DNA of 48,840 nt from Oscillospiraceae bacterium (GTDB taxonomy: Bacteria; Bacillota; Clostridia; Oscillospirales; SIG530), in the NCBI GenBank assembly GCA_015067075.1, contig SVND01000016.1, positions 1-48,840 on the forward strand, given 5' to 3'. Below, in pieces: positions 8,333 to 17,870 of the stretch; the stretch's first letter is position 1; every line of letters begins with the position of its first letter. Position numbers and translations under genes: made by a program. Below the pieces are notes generated by a model. That model was not told the origin of the DNA and searched no databases. It was given only the letters and a program-made list of their open reading frames with translations.

Positions 8333-11300
8333 ATGAAATGGACGGCTGAACAGCAAAACGCAATAGATGCACGCGGCGGACGTATACTTGTCTCCGCGGC
8401 GGCAGGCTCGGGCAAAACGGCAGTTTTGGTCGAGCGTGTCTTGCGCCTGATTACAGACGCGGAAAACCCCTGCGACGTTGACAAGCTTCTTATCGTTACA
8501 TTTACGGAAGCCGCCGCATCCGAAATGCGTGAAAAAATAGTCAAGGCACTTTCCGAGCGCATAAAAAGCGGCGAGACATCGCTCGCCCGCCAGCTTACCC
8601 TTATTTCTCACGCTCATATCAGCACGGTTCACGCCTTTTGTACATACCTGCTGCGCACATATTTTTACGCTCTCGATATAGAGCCTGACTTCCGTATAGC
8701 AGATTCCGCTGAAGCCGCTATGCTTAAAACTGATGCGCTCAACGAGGCTATTGACGATTTTTATGAAAACCGCCTTTCCGACAGCGCTTTTCTCGATATT
8801 CTCAACATTTTTACAAATTCAAAAAATGATGACGAGCTTTGCAATACCATTTCGACGCTTTATGAGTTTATTTCATCAAACCCCTTCCCTCAAAAATGGC
8901 TTGACAGCAGAAAAAGCTTTTACGATATCTCCGAAAACACGCCTTTTGCCGACACCGTTTGGGGCAAGTATCTTACAAGATCAGCGCAATCACAATGTGA
9001 AGAGCTTTTATCTATTGCCGCCGCAAATCAATCAGCACTCGATCTTGCCGACGATGAAGCCTTGCACAAAAAATTCGGTAGCGCCTTCGCCGATGATCTC
9101 GTCTTTGCTCTTTCGCTTTGCACCTGTATACAAAACGGCGATTATCGCGGCTTTACCGTAAGGCTCGCTACAAATAAATTCACAAGCGTTGCAGGCACAA
9201 GAAAAGTCGACCCCGTTGCGGCAGAGCTTTTAAATCAAAAACGCAAGCTTTTCAAAGAGCGTGCGGAAAAGCTTCGCGAGATTCATATTCCAATTGACGA
9301 AAAATCCGTTTTCGAGGATATACAAAGCGCAGGAAAAATAACGAACGTGATTTTTGAGATGGTCAGCGATTACTCAAGAAGATACAGCGAGAAAAAGAAA
9401 AAACGCGGTCTTTTGGACTTTTCCGACCTTGAGCATTTTGCTTTGGAGCTTTTGATAAAGGATTACGACGTTGACAGCGGTAAATACACCCGCACAGCCA
9501 TTGCCGAAACCGTGGCAGACTCATTCTCCCACATAATCGTCGACGAATATCAGGACACAAACCTTACGCAGGACTTACTGTTTCGTGCCGTTTCCAACGA
9601 CGAACGCAATATTTTCATGGTCGGTGACGTAAAGCAAAGCATTTACCGCTTCCGTCACGCCATGCCCGAGCTTTTCATCGGCTACAAGGACACTTTTCCT
9701 GCTTACGACGGTTCAAATACACAGCGCGATATGCGCATTATACTGGGTAAAAACTTCCGCAGCCGCACTCAGGTCATAGATTCTGTAAACGCCGTTTTTG
9801 AAAGCGCCATGAGCAGAAATCTCGGAGATATAGATTATAACGAGGATGAAAAGCTTTACTTCGGCGCTGAAAGCTATCCCCCATCGGACACCTGCCAAAC
9901 GGAGATAGATTATCTCGACCTTTCAGCCAAGGATGCCGACGACGACGAAAAAGCACTCGAAAAGGAAGTGCGCTTTATCGCTTGCCGTATCGGTAAGCTT
10001 TTTTCCGACAAGGTTCAGGTTTACGACCGCGACAGCGACACTATGCGCGACATACGCTACAGCGATATTGCCATACTTATACGCGCCGCAAAGGATAAGC
10101 TAAATGTTTTTGAGGAGCTTTTACCTGAATACGGCATTCCCTTTGTCGCCGATACAGACGAAAGCTATTTCCAAACACCTGAGGTATCAACCGTTCTGTC
10201 CCTTTTGCGCGCAATGAATAATCCCTTTGACGACATTTCCCTTGCCGCCGCAATGCGCAGTCCCATTTTCCTTTTCACCTCCGACGAGCTTGCTCGCATT
10301 CGTATCGGAAGGACGGAAATGGCGCTGATAGAAAGCGTTCGCGAAAAATCAGCGGACAGCGACGAGCTTGGCAAAAAATGCGCCATGCTTCTTTCCCGAC
10401 TTGAGCAGTACCGTCTTATGGCTGTAAACGTGCCCGTCAACATCCTGCTTCAGCGTCTTTATGAGGAAACGGGCTTCATGTCTGTCGCCGCGGCTATGGA
10501 TAACGGCGAGCTTCGCTGTGCAAATCTGCGTTTGCTTGAGGATTACGCCCGAAGATACGAAAAAACAAGCTTTAAAGGGCTTTACAATTTCGTGCTTTTT
10601 ATCGATAAAATGCAAGCCCAGCGCAGTGAGCCCACAGGCTCGGCAAAAACCATCGATTCAAACGCTGTCAGAATAGTCACCATTCACAAATCAAAAGGGC
10701 TTGAATATCCCGTTTGCTTCATTGCAAACTCTTCCGTAACATTCAAGCACCGCGACCTTACGGGCAAGCTTCTTTTTGACGGTGAGCTTGGTGTCGCATT
10801 TAAGCTTCGCGACAGCCGCTTTGGTGCACTTTACAAAACGCCCATGCTGACAGCAATTATCGACAAAAAGAAAAGAGATACCCTTTCCGAGGAAATGAGA
10901 GTTTTCTACGTTGCCCTCACTCGCGCAAAGGAAAAGCTCATCATTCCCATCACTGTAAAGGATATCGTAAGATACCGTGAAAAATTTAAGCTATTTTCCG
11001 AAAACGATATGAAGCCGCCTTGCGACAGCACGTCAAGCTGGCTCTCCTTCGCCGTAGCGCGCAGCAAGCCGGAGCTTTGGGACATCGTTACTTACTCCGA
11101 TTCCGAAGATGTAAAAAACGCCGTTGCTTTCGATCCGTTTATAAAAAAACTCAAGCATACTGAGCTTTTCGACGTTGAGCAAGCCGACGTTACCGCTACC
11201 ACTGAGGATGACGAGCTTTATGAAAAGCTTTCGCAACGTCTTTCCTACGAGCACACCGTCGATACGCATCCGTCGCGCGTTTCTGTAACGGAGCTTAAGC

Positions 11301-11887
11301 GCGCCTTTGTACAAGCTGACGGCGAACACGCCTTTTACGGTGAATTTGAGCCCGTATTGCCCGACTTTATGGAAAAGCCCGTAGGCGTTGCCGCTTTGCG
11401 CGGTACGGCAATGCATATTTTCATGGAATTTGCCGATTTTTCCGCTTGCTCCGACGTTAAAGCCATAGAAAACGAGGCTTTACGTCTTCACAGCGCAGGG
11501 TTTTTGGACAAAACGGAGTACGAGCTTTTAAACTGCAAAAAGCTTGCCGACTTTTTCACCTCGTCCGTTGCAAAGCGACTTCAAAGCGCGAAAAGCATTT
11601 ATCGTGAGAAAAAGTTCAGCATTCTTTCCAATCTCGATATATTCGGCATTTCAAGGGATGAAACTGTTTTACAGGGTATAATCGACCTTTATTTTGAAGA
11701 TAACAACGGAAATTTCGCTGTTATCGACTTTAAAACAGACCGCAAAACGCCCGACGAGCTTGTTTCCGCTTACAAAACACAGCTTGACGCTTACACGAAA
11801 GCTATTTCGGAAATACACGGCGTTGCCATGGAAAACGTCGAGCGTTATATCTGGTCTTTCTATAATTCATCGCTTATTAAAATGTGA
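8333..11887 (+). CDS. addA: ATP-dependent helicase/nuclease subunit A (AddA: UvrD-like helicase plus C-terminal PD-(D/E)xK nuclease)
   Basis: N-terminus MKWTAEQQNAIDARGGRILVSAAAGSGKTAVLVERV...TFTEAAASEMREKI is near-identical in pattern to B. subtilis AddA. 1184 aa. The C-terminal nuclease motif is GIIDLYFED...AVIDFKTD. The start is 4 nt after the holA stop. Confidence 0.85.
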   Translation: MKWTAEQQNAIDARGGRILVSAAAGSGKTAVLVERVLRLITDAENPCDVDKLLIVTFTEAAASEMREKIVKALSERIKSGETSLARQLTLISHAHISTVHAFCTYLLRTYFYALDIEPDFRIADSAEAAMLKTDALNEAIDDFYENRLSDSAFLDILNIFTNSKNDDELCNTISTLYEFISSNPFPQKWLDSRKSFYDISENTPFADTVWGKYLTRSAQSQCEELLSIAAANQSALDLADDEALHKKFGSAFADDLVFALSLCTCIQNGDYRGFTVRLATNKFTSVAGTRKVDPVAAELLNQKRKLFKERAEKLREIHIPIDEKSVFEDIQSAGKITNVIFEMVSDYSRRYSEKKKKRGLLDFSDLEHFALELLIKDYDVDSGKYTRTAIAETVADSFSHIIVDEYQDTNLTQDLLFRAVSNDERNIFMVGDVKQSIYRFRHAMPELFIGYKDTFPAYDGSNTQRDMRIILGKNFRSRTQVIDSVNAVFESAMSRNLGDIDYNEDEKLYFGAESYPPSDTCQTEIDYLDLSAKDADDDEKALEKEVRFIACRIGKLFSDKVQVYDRDSDTMRDIRYSDIAILIRAAKDKLNVFEELLPEYGIPFVADTDESYFQTPEVSTVLSLLRAMNNPFDDISLAAAMRSPIFLFTSDELARIRIGRTEMALIESVREKSADSDELGKKCAMLLSRLEQYRLMAVNVPVNILLQRLYEETGFMSVAAAMDNGELRCANLRLLEDYARRYEKTSFKGLYNFVLFIDKMQAQRSEPTGSAKTIDSNAVRIVTIHKSKGLEYPVCFIANSSVTFKHRDLTGKLLFDGELGVAFKLRDSRFGALYKTPMLTAIIDKKKRDTLSEEMRVFYVALTRAKEKLIIPITVKDIVRYREKFKLFSENDMKPPCDSTSSWLSFAVARSKPELWDIVTYSDSEDVKNAVAFDPFIKKLKHTELFDVEQADVTATTEDDELYEKLSQRLSYEHTVDTHPSRVSVTELKRAFVQADGEHAFYGEFEPVLPDFMEKPVGVAALRGTAMHIFMEFADFSACSDVKAIENEALRLHSAGFLDKTEYELLNCKKLADFFTSSVAKRLQSAKSIYREKKFSILSNLDIFGISRDETVLQGIIDLYFEDNNGNFAVIDFKTDRKTPDELVSAYKTQLDAYTKAISEIHGVAMENVERYIWSFYNSSLIKM

Positions 11888-11891
11888 TTTC

Positions 11892-11926
11892 AAGCAGAGA
11901 ATATCAAAAGTTCTCTGCTTTTTTTC
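11892..11926 (+). terminator. Rho-independent terminator after addA
   Basis: AGCAGAGAA / TTCTCTGCT stem followed by TTTTTTT. Confidence 0.7.
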
Positions 11927-11970
11927 ATAAAAATCTTCTCTAAATCGCCAAACGTTCATAGTTAGCCATA

Positions 11971-11999
11971 TTGACAGCAAAATTTTTATATTGTATAAT
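11971..11999 (+). promoter_or_regulatory. Consensus sigma-A promoter (TTGACA-N17-TATAAT)
   Basis: TTGACA at 11971-11976 and TATAAT at 11994-11999. It would drive the ~140-nt leader plus the SLH-protein gene. Confidence 0.55.
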
Positions 12000-12145
12000 A
12001 TTTATGTAAGTATAATTCATCACTTTTTAAGGAGGGCGCAATGAAAAATAAGCGTTTAAAAATCAAACCGATGTAATGCGCAATTTACCGTAGGGGTATT
12101 TTGCGGCTTTTTTATATCTGAAACTATAAGAAAGGAAAACGTAGA

Positions 12146-13195
12146 ATGAAACAAATTAAATTTATCGCTCTTTTTCTGGCGTTTATTATGCTATTGGCGT
12201 GCCTTCCCTGCCATGCAGAGCAAGATACATTACCGTTTACTGATATTTCACAGGACGATTGGTTTTACAGCGACGTAGCTTTCGCTTATGAAAACGGCTT
12301 TGTCAAGGGTAAAGGTAACAGCCGCTTTGCTCCAACAGACAACATTACATATGCCGAGGCTATCAAGCTTGCCTGCTGTATGCATCAGCAAATCCGTGAA
12401 AAAACAGTTACTTTAGAAAACGGCACTAACGTGTGGTACAGCACATATCTCAGTTATGCGAAGAAAAACTCCATTCCCTACGAATTTGAAAGCTATACTG
12501 CGTTTGCTACCCGTGAGGACTTCGTACATATCATCTTCGCCGCTTATCACTCCGGAAAATATCATCCTTTGAAAAATCACGTTGCCGACAATACAATTCC
12601 TGATGTAAAAATGTCCGATAAATTCAGCGATGAAATATACTTTTTCTATCGCAGCGGTATAATCATCGGCAACAGAAATTGCGAGTTTATGCCCAAAAGC
12701 TTTATTTCCCGTGCTGAAGTTTGCGCTGTCATAAACCGCATGGCAAATCCCGCGTTTCGAAAGGAAGTTGCCGTAGTAAAAGAAACAAAACAGCGCCGCC
12801 TTATTATAAACGGCGAGGATTTGACCGATAAGATATATACCGAAGCGTTGATTTTAAGTAGCGGGCACGAGATTATTCAGCTTCCGCTTCTCGCTCTTTC
12901 CGAAGTGCTCGGAGCAACGGTTACATGGCAACAAGACACTCCTACCGTTTCCGTTGACTTTGGCAAGTTGTGCTTTATTCTCAATTTGAATACTCTCACC
13001 TTCGGTGAAAAACGCGAAGACTCTTATGCTCCGATGAGTGAAATTCTCGTTTTATCCCCCGGCAGTTCAGGTGTTCAAAGAAGCTTTGTCAATAATGACC
13101 TTTTGATATGTCATTCAAAGCTCAGTCAGTATTTCAGCATGATTGGATTTGACTTAAAAATTACTGATTCAGATATCTTGATCTTCTCCATTTAA
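12146..13195 (+). CDS. Secreted S-layer-homology (SLH) domain protein with C-terminal copper-amine-oxidase-N-terminal-like domain
   Basis: Signal peptide MKQIKFIALFLAFIMLLACLPCHA. Three SLH-like repeats (FTDISQDDWFYSDVAFAYENGFVKGKGNSRFAP...ITYAEAIKL; FSDEIYFFYRSGIIIGNRNCEFMP...ISRAEV). The C-terminal IINGEDLT...EIIQLPLLALSEVLGATVTWQQDTPTVSV matches the Cu_amine_oxidN1 pattern. Confidence 0.7.
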   Translation: MKQIKFIALFLAFIMLLACLPCHAEQDTLPFTDISQDDWFYSDVAFAYENGFVKGKGNSRFAPTDNITYAEAIKLACCMHQQIREKTVTLENGTNVWYSTYLSYAKKNSIPYEFESYTAFATREDFVHIIFAAYHSGKYHPLKNHVADNTIPDVKMSDKFSDEIYFFYRSGIIIGNRNCEFMPKSFISRAEVCAVINRMANPAFRKEVAVVKETKQRRLIINGEDLTDKIYTEALILSSGHEIIQLPLLALSEVLGATVTWQQDTPTVSVDFGKLCFILNLNTLTFGEKREDSYAPMSEILVLSPGSSGVQRSFVNNDLLICHSKLSQYFSMIGFDLKITDSDILIFSI

Positions 13196-13276
13196 CCACT
13201 TTCGCTTTGATACAATTCCCCCACACCGTGAGGGAATTTGTTTTCTGTATATTTTTTTGTCAGCCAATTTTCCTTG

Positions 13277-13306
13277 TTGACAAATCGGTAACTTTATATG
13301 TATAAT
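13277..13306 (+). promoter_or_regulatory. Candidate sigma-A promoter (TTGACA-N18-TATAAT) for the epimerase-GRE operon
   Basis: TTGACA at 13277-13282 and TATAAT at 13301-13306. Confidence 0.5.
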
Positions 13307-13336
13307 AATATACAAATATATTTAGCGAGGTTTTTT

Positions 13337-14188
13337 ATGATTACTTTACAAAATGACAAAATGATCGTCAAAATCAGCGAGATCGGCGCTGAGCTTAAAA
13401 GCATTTTATGCGGCGGCATCGAATACATTTGGGAAGGCAAAAAGGAAATATGGGGTAGCTCCGCGCCGATGATGTTCCCGATTTGCGGCGGTCTTAAGGA
13501 TAATAAGTATATTTTTGAAGGCAAGGAATACACCTTGCCCAAGCACGGTTATTGCCGCTCGCTTCCCTTTGATGTTGAAAGCGCAGACGAGCACAGCGCT
13601 GTTTTTCTTCACACATCAAGTGAAGAAACAAAGAAAAGCTTTCCCTTTGAATATGAGCTTCGCGTTATTTTTACACTCAATAATACATCTTTGAATATTG
13701 AATACGAGGTGAACAACCTTTCGGAAAAAACAATGTATTTTTCCATCGGCTCTCACGAAGGCTATTATACACCCGAGGGTATTGAGGATTACGACGTTAT
13801 CTTTCCGCAAAATGAAACGCTTAACGCTTCCGTGCTTTACGGCGCTCTCGTTTCCAATCAAAGCTTGCCGATTTTGAAGGACAGCAACGTTTTGCCCCTT
13901 TACGATAAGTATTTCACCATCGACGCCCTCGTTTTCAGAGGTCTTAAATCACGCTCAGCAACCTTGCGCAACCGCAAAACAGGCAAGGCTGTTAAAATTG
14001 ATTTTCCTTATGCCACTCATTTTCTCCTTTGGCATAAGCCTAACGCGCCCTTCATTTGCATTGAGCCGTGGGCAGGAGTTCAGGACACGGTTGACAGTAA
14101 TTACGATATAACAGTCAAGGAAGGTATTATTTCTCTCGGTGCCGACGAAGAATATAATGCAACGCATACAATAACAATTATTGAATAG
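13337..14188 (+). CDS. Aldose 1-epimerase (galactose mutarotase-like / LacX-like) family protein
   Basis: Start chosen at the ATG for MITLQNDKMIVKISEIGAEL, which lies downstream of the promoter. It carries the mutarotase-family pattern …IWGSSAPMMFPICGGLKD…YTLPKHGYCR… and …ATHFLLWHKPNAPFICIEPW…. Confidence 0.7.
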   Translation: MITLQNDKMIVKISEIGAELKSILCGGIEYIWEGKKEIWGSSAPMMFPICGGLKDNKYIFEGKEYTLPKHGYCRSLPFDVESADEHSAVFLHTSSEETKKSFPFEYELRVIFTLNNTSLNIEYEVNNLSEKTMYFSIGSHEGYYTPEGIEDYDVIFPQNETLNASVLYGALVSNQSLPILKDSNVLPLYDKYFTIDALVFRGLKSRSATLRNRKTGKAVKIDFPYATHFLLWHKPNAPFICIEPWAGVQDTVDSNYDITVKEGIISLGADEEYNATHTITIIE

Positions 14189-14225
14189 CATAACAAATCA
14201 ACCAAGTCAAAGGAGTATTTTCAGC

Positions 14226-16385
14226 ATGAAAAACACGGAAAAAGCAAACAGATCAATACAAGAAGCTATTCATCTTCTCAGAGAAAAGCCATTTGAAAGC
14301 ACTTTGGTTGAACGGTATTTTTTATTAGATGAAGCGTGGGACGCTGTAAAAGATCTTCCACAGCCGCTACAGCTTGGAAAAGGACTTGCCTATGTTTTAA
14401 GTAAAGCTTCTTTGCCAATAACGCCTTACGATATGCTACTGGGACGCTTTGACGACCACGTTCCGAGTGCTGAAGAGCAAGAAAGATTGGATAAAATTTG
14501 GGCAAATGATCCGAACAACAACCCTATCGTCAGATTTAACGGCGGGCATTTCACCATCGATTGCGAAACACTCGTCAATATCGGTATCGTCGGATATATA
14601 AACAAAACCGAGCAAAAAATCAAAAAAGTACAGGCAGAGGGCGCACGCGAGGACGTAATAACTTATCTTGAAGGTATGAAATTAACATATGAAGCTATTC
14701 GAGACTATATCGGACGCTACGGAAAAGCCGCTTTGGATGCATGTCAAACGGAATGCGCCGAGGTCTGCTTTTCCCTTACCCAAAATGCTCCGCAAACATT
14801 CCGCGAGGCTTTACAGCTGATTTTGTTCATTTATAATATTTACCTCGTCTACGCAGGAGCGATGGTCGCTTGCCTTAACGTGGGACGATTAGACGTAGTT
14901 CTTCTTCCCCTTTACCTCGAGGATTTGAAAAATTGCAATTTGACCGAGGAAGATGCAGGCTGTTTGATAGATGATTTTTCCGCTAAAATGAGTCTTCATT
15001 TAGGCAGAGGCGAGCATCAGATGGCTTATTTAAACGACGACTATGAGCAAACAGGCTGGCTTCGAAACCCCGTTTACGAATCTCCCGGTTATATCACTAT
15101 CGGCGGTCATACCAACGAGAATATTTCAGATAATCCTCTTTCCATTTTATTTGCAAAGCATATTCATCCCCTGCTTAAAAACCCCATTTACGTTTGCAGA
15201 TACGATAATAAAAACGAAAAGCTCTGGAGCATTTTAAGCAGTAAGGTCAAGGAAAACGCTTCCTTGCTTCTTTATAACGATGAAACGGTCATTCCTGCGC
15301 ATTTACACATAGGAATTGATAAAAAAGATGCGATAAATTATTCAATCCATCCCTGTAATTGGCCCGACATTGCAGGCGGCTCCAAAATCGTCGGCATTTG
15401 CGGCGCGCCGCTTCCCATTGTAGTTAACGATGCTTTGCATTCCGTAACGTCCCTTTCTTCCATGGACGAGCTTTATACCGTCATCGCAAATCATTACGGT
15501 GATTTGATAAAGCAAATGTTTTCCGATTACAGAGCATACTATTTAAGCAATAATTCATCCCTTTACGATATTTTATCTCTTTCAGAATGCATTTCAGAGG
15601 ACTGCATAGAAAATGCAGGCAAAAGCTCAAGGGAACGAACGAAATATCCTGCACTTTACGTTTTGCTCAGAAATATCGGCACAGCCGCAGATATGCTCAG
15701 TGCCGTAGATCACCTCGTTTTCAAAGAGAAAAAGTATTCTTTGGCTGAGCTGATAGGTGCCGCCGACGATGATTTCGAAAACTACGCAGATATATTGTCC
15801 GATTGCCTCAAATCACCTAAATTCGGCAAAAACAACGACGATGCCGATGCGCACGCCGTCCGTTTAATGTCAACTTTATTGGACGTTATTGACGAAAAAG
15901 CCACAAACGAAAACGGCGTCAGAGATATTTATACTTTAAACGTTACAATAAACGATTCCAACCATTTGGCAGACGGTAAAGCAATGAACGCCACCGTGGA
16001 CGGAAGAAGACGCGGCGCGCCTTTCACGGAAAACCTCTCACCTACTGTAGGTTTTTCATCAGGCGTTACGGACGTTTTAAACTCTGTTTCCAAATTACCC
16101 TTTAATCGAATTCATTCGGGCGCACTAAATATTCGTCTCAGCAAAAGCGTTATGACAGACGACAACGGCGATAAAATAATCCACGCGCTTATTAAATCTT
16201 ATTTCAATAAAGGCGGAATGCAACTGCAATTCAGTATAGTCGATACCGATGAGCTTCGCAAAGCTCAAGCCGCCCCAAACGAATACCGAGACCTTTTGGT
16301 AAGAATTACGGGATACAGCGCAAATTTTGTGGATATGTCAAAAGGCGCACAAGAAGAGTTTATCCGCCGCGAGGAATTAAAATAA
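14226..16385 (+). CDS. Glycyl radical enzyme (PFL2/pyruvate formate-lyase-like family), substrate unknown
   Basis: ATG at 14226 after an AAAGGAG SD. The track start at 14181 is TTG and overlaps the previous gene. GRE core motif TFREALQLILFIYNIYLVYAGAMVACLNVGRLDVVLLPLYLED matches the family pattern ...EA.Q..wf......ng...s.GR.D..LyPyy. The C-terminal Gly-radical motif is LVRITGYSANF...QEEFIRR. About 719 aa. Confidence 0.75.
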   Translation: MKNTEKANRSIQEAIHLLREKPFESTLVERYFLLDEAWDAVKDLPQPLQLGKGLAYVLSKASLPITPYDMLLGRFDDHVPSAEEQERLDKIWANDPNNNPIVRFNGGHFTIDCETLVNIGIVGYINKTEQKIKKVQAEGAREDVITYLEGMKLTYEAIRDYIGRYGKAALDACQTECAEVCFSLTQNAPQTFREALQLILFIYNIYLVYAGAMVACLNVGRLDVVLLPLYLEDLKNCNLTEEDAGCLIDDFSAKMSLHLGRGEHQMAYLNDDYEQTGWLRNPVYESPGYITIGGHTNENISDNPLSILFAKHIHPLLKNPIYVCRYDNKNEKLWSILSSKVKENASLLLYNDETVIPAHLHIGIDKKDAINYSIHPCNWPDIAGGSKIVGICGAPLPIVVNDALHSVTSLSSMDELYTVIANHYGDLIKQMFSDYRAYYLSNNSSLYDILSLSECISEDCIENAGKSSRERTKYPALYVLLRNIGTAADMLSAVDHLVFKEKKYSLAELIGAADDDFENYADILSDCLKSPKFGKNNDDADAHAVRLMSTLLDVIDEKATNENGVRDIYTLNVTINDSNHLADGKAMNATVDGRRRGAPFTENLSPTVGFSSGVTDVLNSVSKLPFNRIHSGALNIRLSKSVMTDDNGDKIIHALIKSYFNKGGMQLQFSIVDTDELRKAQAAPNEYRDLLVRITGYSANFVDMSKGAQEEFIRREELK

Positions 16386-16547
16386 GCCGCAATTCGTACC
16401 CCTTGTCTTTTATAACATCCGCCCTTTAGTTCGAAATAAAAATTGAGAAAAACCGCGAAAAACTTTAAAATTCGTAGATATCAAGAGATTTTTCAAGATA
16501 TTTTAATTCAGTTCGCCAAAACCGTTTATACGGTCATGAGACCACAT

Positions 16548-16576
16548 TTGACAATCTTTAGACTTTATTGTACAAT
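16548..16576 (+). promoter_or_regulatory. Candidate sigma-A promoter (TTGACA-N17-TACAAT) for the flotillin operon
   Basis: TTGACA at 16548-16553 and TACAAT at 16571-16576, about 85 nt before the ATG at 16660. Confidence 0.5.
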
Positions 16577-16659
16577 ATAAGCGTAACATAACTCGTAGCT
16601 ACGATTATGACGATGCATCTTTCACGCATCATACGAAATCTTTGAAGGAAGGAAAAAAC

Positions 16660-17223
16660 ATGGAGCGTCTTACAGAAAGAATGCCAGGCACAACTTTAGC
16701 ATATCCTATATGCGACGGAGCTTTTACAAAGCTTCTTTCACCTATTTTCACAATAACCAACGGACTTTTCCTCTCCCAGCTTTCGGAGCTTACGGGGGCA
16801 GAAAGCTCCGCTATACAAAATTGGGTAAAACGCGAATTTGTTTCCCGTCCTGCAGGTAAAAAATACACTCCGCGCCAAACGGCACGAATAGTTTTGATAA
16901 ACGCACTGCGCACCTGTATGCAGATAGATAAGATAGTGCTGCTCTTGCGCTACGTAAACGGCTCGCTTACCGACGAGCGCGACGATATAATCGACGACAG
17001 CGAGCTTTATGACTATTTTTGTACCGTTATCTATTCAGCAGGAAAAAGTCTGCGCTGTGACGATGGATTTCTTCGCGAAACGATTACCGAAACGGTACGC
17101 AGATACTCTCCGCCCGTGTCAGACGGTAAGACACGTTTGGAAAAGGCTTTGCTTATTATGTCAAAATCGTACATAGCAGGCTATCTGAAAAAAGATGCGG
17201 AAATAATGCTTGAAAGTATTTGA
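16660..17223 (+). CDS. MerR-like HTH domain protein (DUF1836-like), first gene of the flotillin operon
   Basis: ATG with GAAGGAAGG SD. The track start is TTG. LFLSQLSELTGAESSAIQNWVKREFV...KYTPRQTARIVLINALR resembles a MerR-type HTH. 187 aa. Confidence 0.5.
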   Translation: MERLTERMPGTTLAYPICDGAFTKLLSPIFTITNGLFLSQLSELTGAESSAIQNWVKREFVSRPAGKKYTPRQTARIVLINALRTCMQIDKIVLLLRYVNGSLTDERDDIIDDSELYDYFCTVIYSAGKSLRCDDGFLRETITETVRRYSPPVSDGKTRLEKALLIMSKSYIAGYLKKDAEIMLESI

Positions 17224-17238
17224 TAAGGAGGTAAAACC

Positions 17239-17838
17239 ATGATCGAGCTTTGGAACAGTCTCAGCTCTTTACAACAGATTTTCTGCTGCTTTGCCTTGCC
17301 GGCAACGCTTGTGCTTATAATTCAAACGGTACTTTTGCTTATGGGTCTCGGCGGCGACGGTGATACCGATTTTGACGGTGATTTTGACGGCGACGATGCA
17401 GGCTTCACCGATGCGCCTGATATTTCGGGTATAAGGCTTTTTACCGTCCGCGGCTTTGTTTCTTTCTTTACTGTTGCAGGCTGGCTCGGTGTTGCGCTCC
17501 CCTATTCGGGAATAAACGACGTTGTCACCGTTGCTATCTCTATTATCGGCGGTTTTATCGCCCTTTTTCTCACAGCCCTTGCCTTTAAAGCTATGCTGAA
17601 GCTGCAAGACAGCGGCAATATCGACCCCGCCAACGCCATCGGCAAAACAGCTTCCGTTTATATTCGCGTACCTGCTGCACGAAGCGGCAGCGGCAAGGTC
17701 ATGGTCACCGTTCAGGAGCGGCTTACGGAATTTGCCGCTGTAACAGACGGCGAAACAGACCTTTTACCACAGCAAGCAGTTACGGTCACAGGCGTGCTCG
17801 GAAATGACACGCTGATCGTTTCTGATATAGCCGAATAA
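17239..17838 (+). CDS. NfeD-like membrane protein (YuaF-like flotillin partner)
   Basis: GGAGGT SD. Three TM segments, then a C-terminal OB-fold-like segment GSGKVMVTVQERLTEF...VTVTGVLGNDTLIV typical of short NfeD. It is immediately upstream of the flotillin gene. Confidence 0.7.
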   Translation: MIELWNSLSSLQQIFCCFALPATLVLIIQTVLLLMGLGGDGDTDFDGDFDGDDAGFTDAPDISGIRLFTVRGFVSFFTVAGWLGVALPYSGINDVVTVAISIIGGFIALFLTALAFKAMLKLQDSGNIDPANAIGKTASVYIRVPAARSGSGKVMVTVQERLTEFAAVTDGETDLLPQQAVTVTGVLGNDTLIVSDIAE

Positions 17839-17870
17839 TTTCGGTAAAAAATAAAAATGGAGGAAATAAT

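Noticed and set aside
14181-14225. N-terminal extension (MNSITNQ…) of the first GRE as given in the ORF track
   Set aside because: The track start is a TTG that overlaps the end of the epimerase gene and has no SD. An ATG at 14226 sits 11 nt after AAAGGAG, so the shorter CDS was adopted.
16596-16640. 10-bp palindrome CGTAGCTACG and imperfect repeat ACGATGCATC…GCATCAT in the flotillin-operon leader
   Set aside because: The repeats are short or imperfect, with no flanking T-run and no obvious relation to the promoter elements. Not enough to call a regulatory site.
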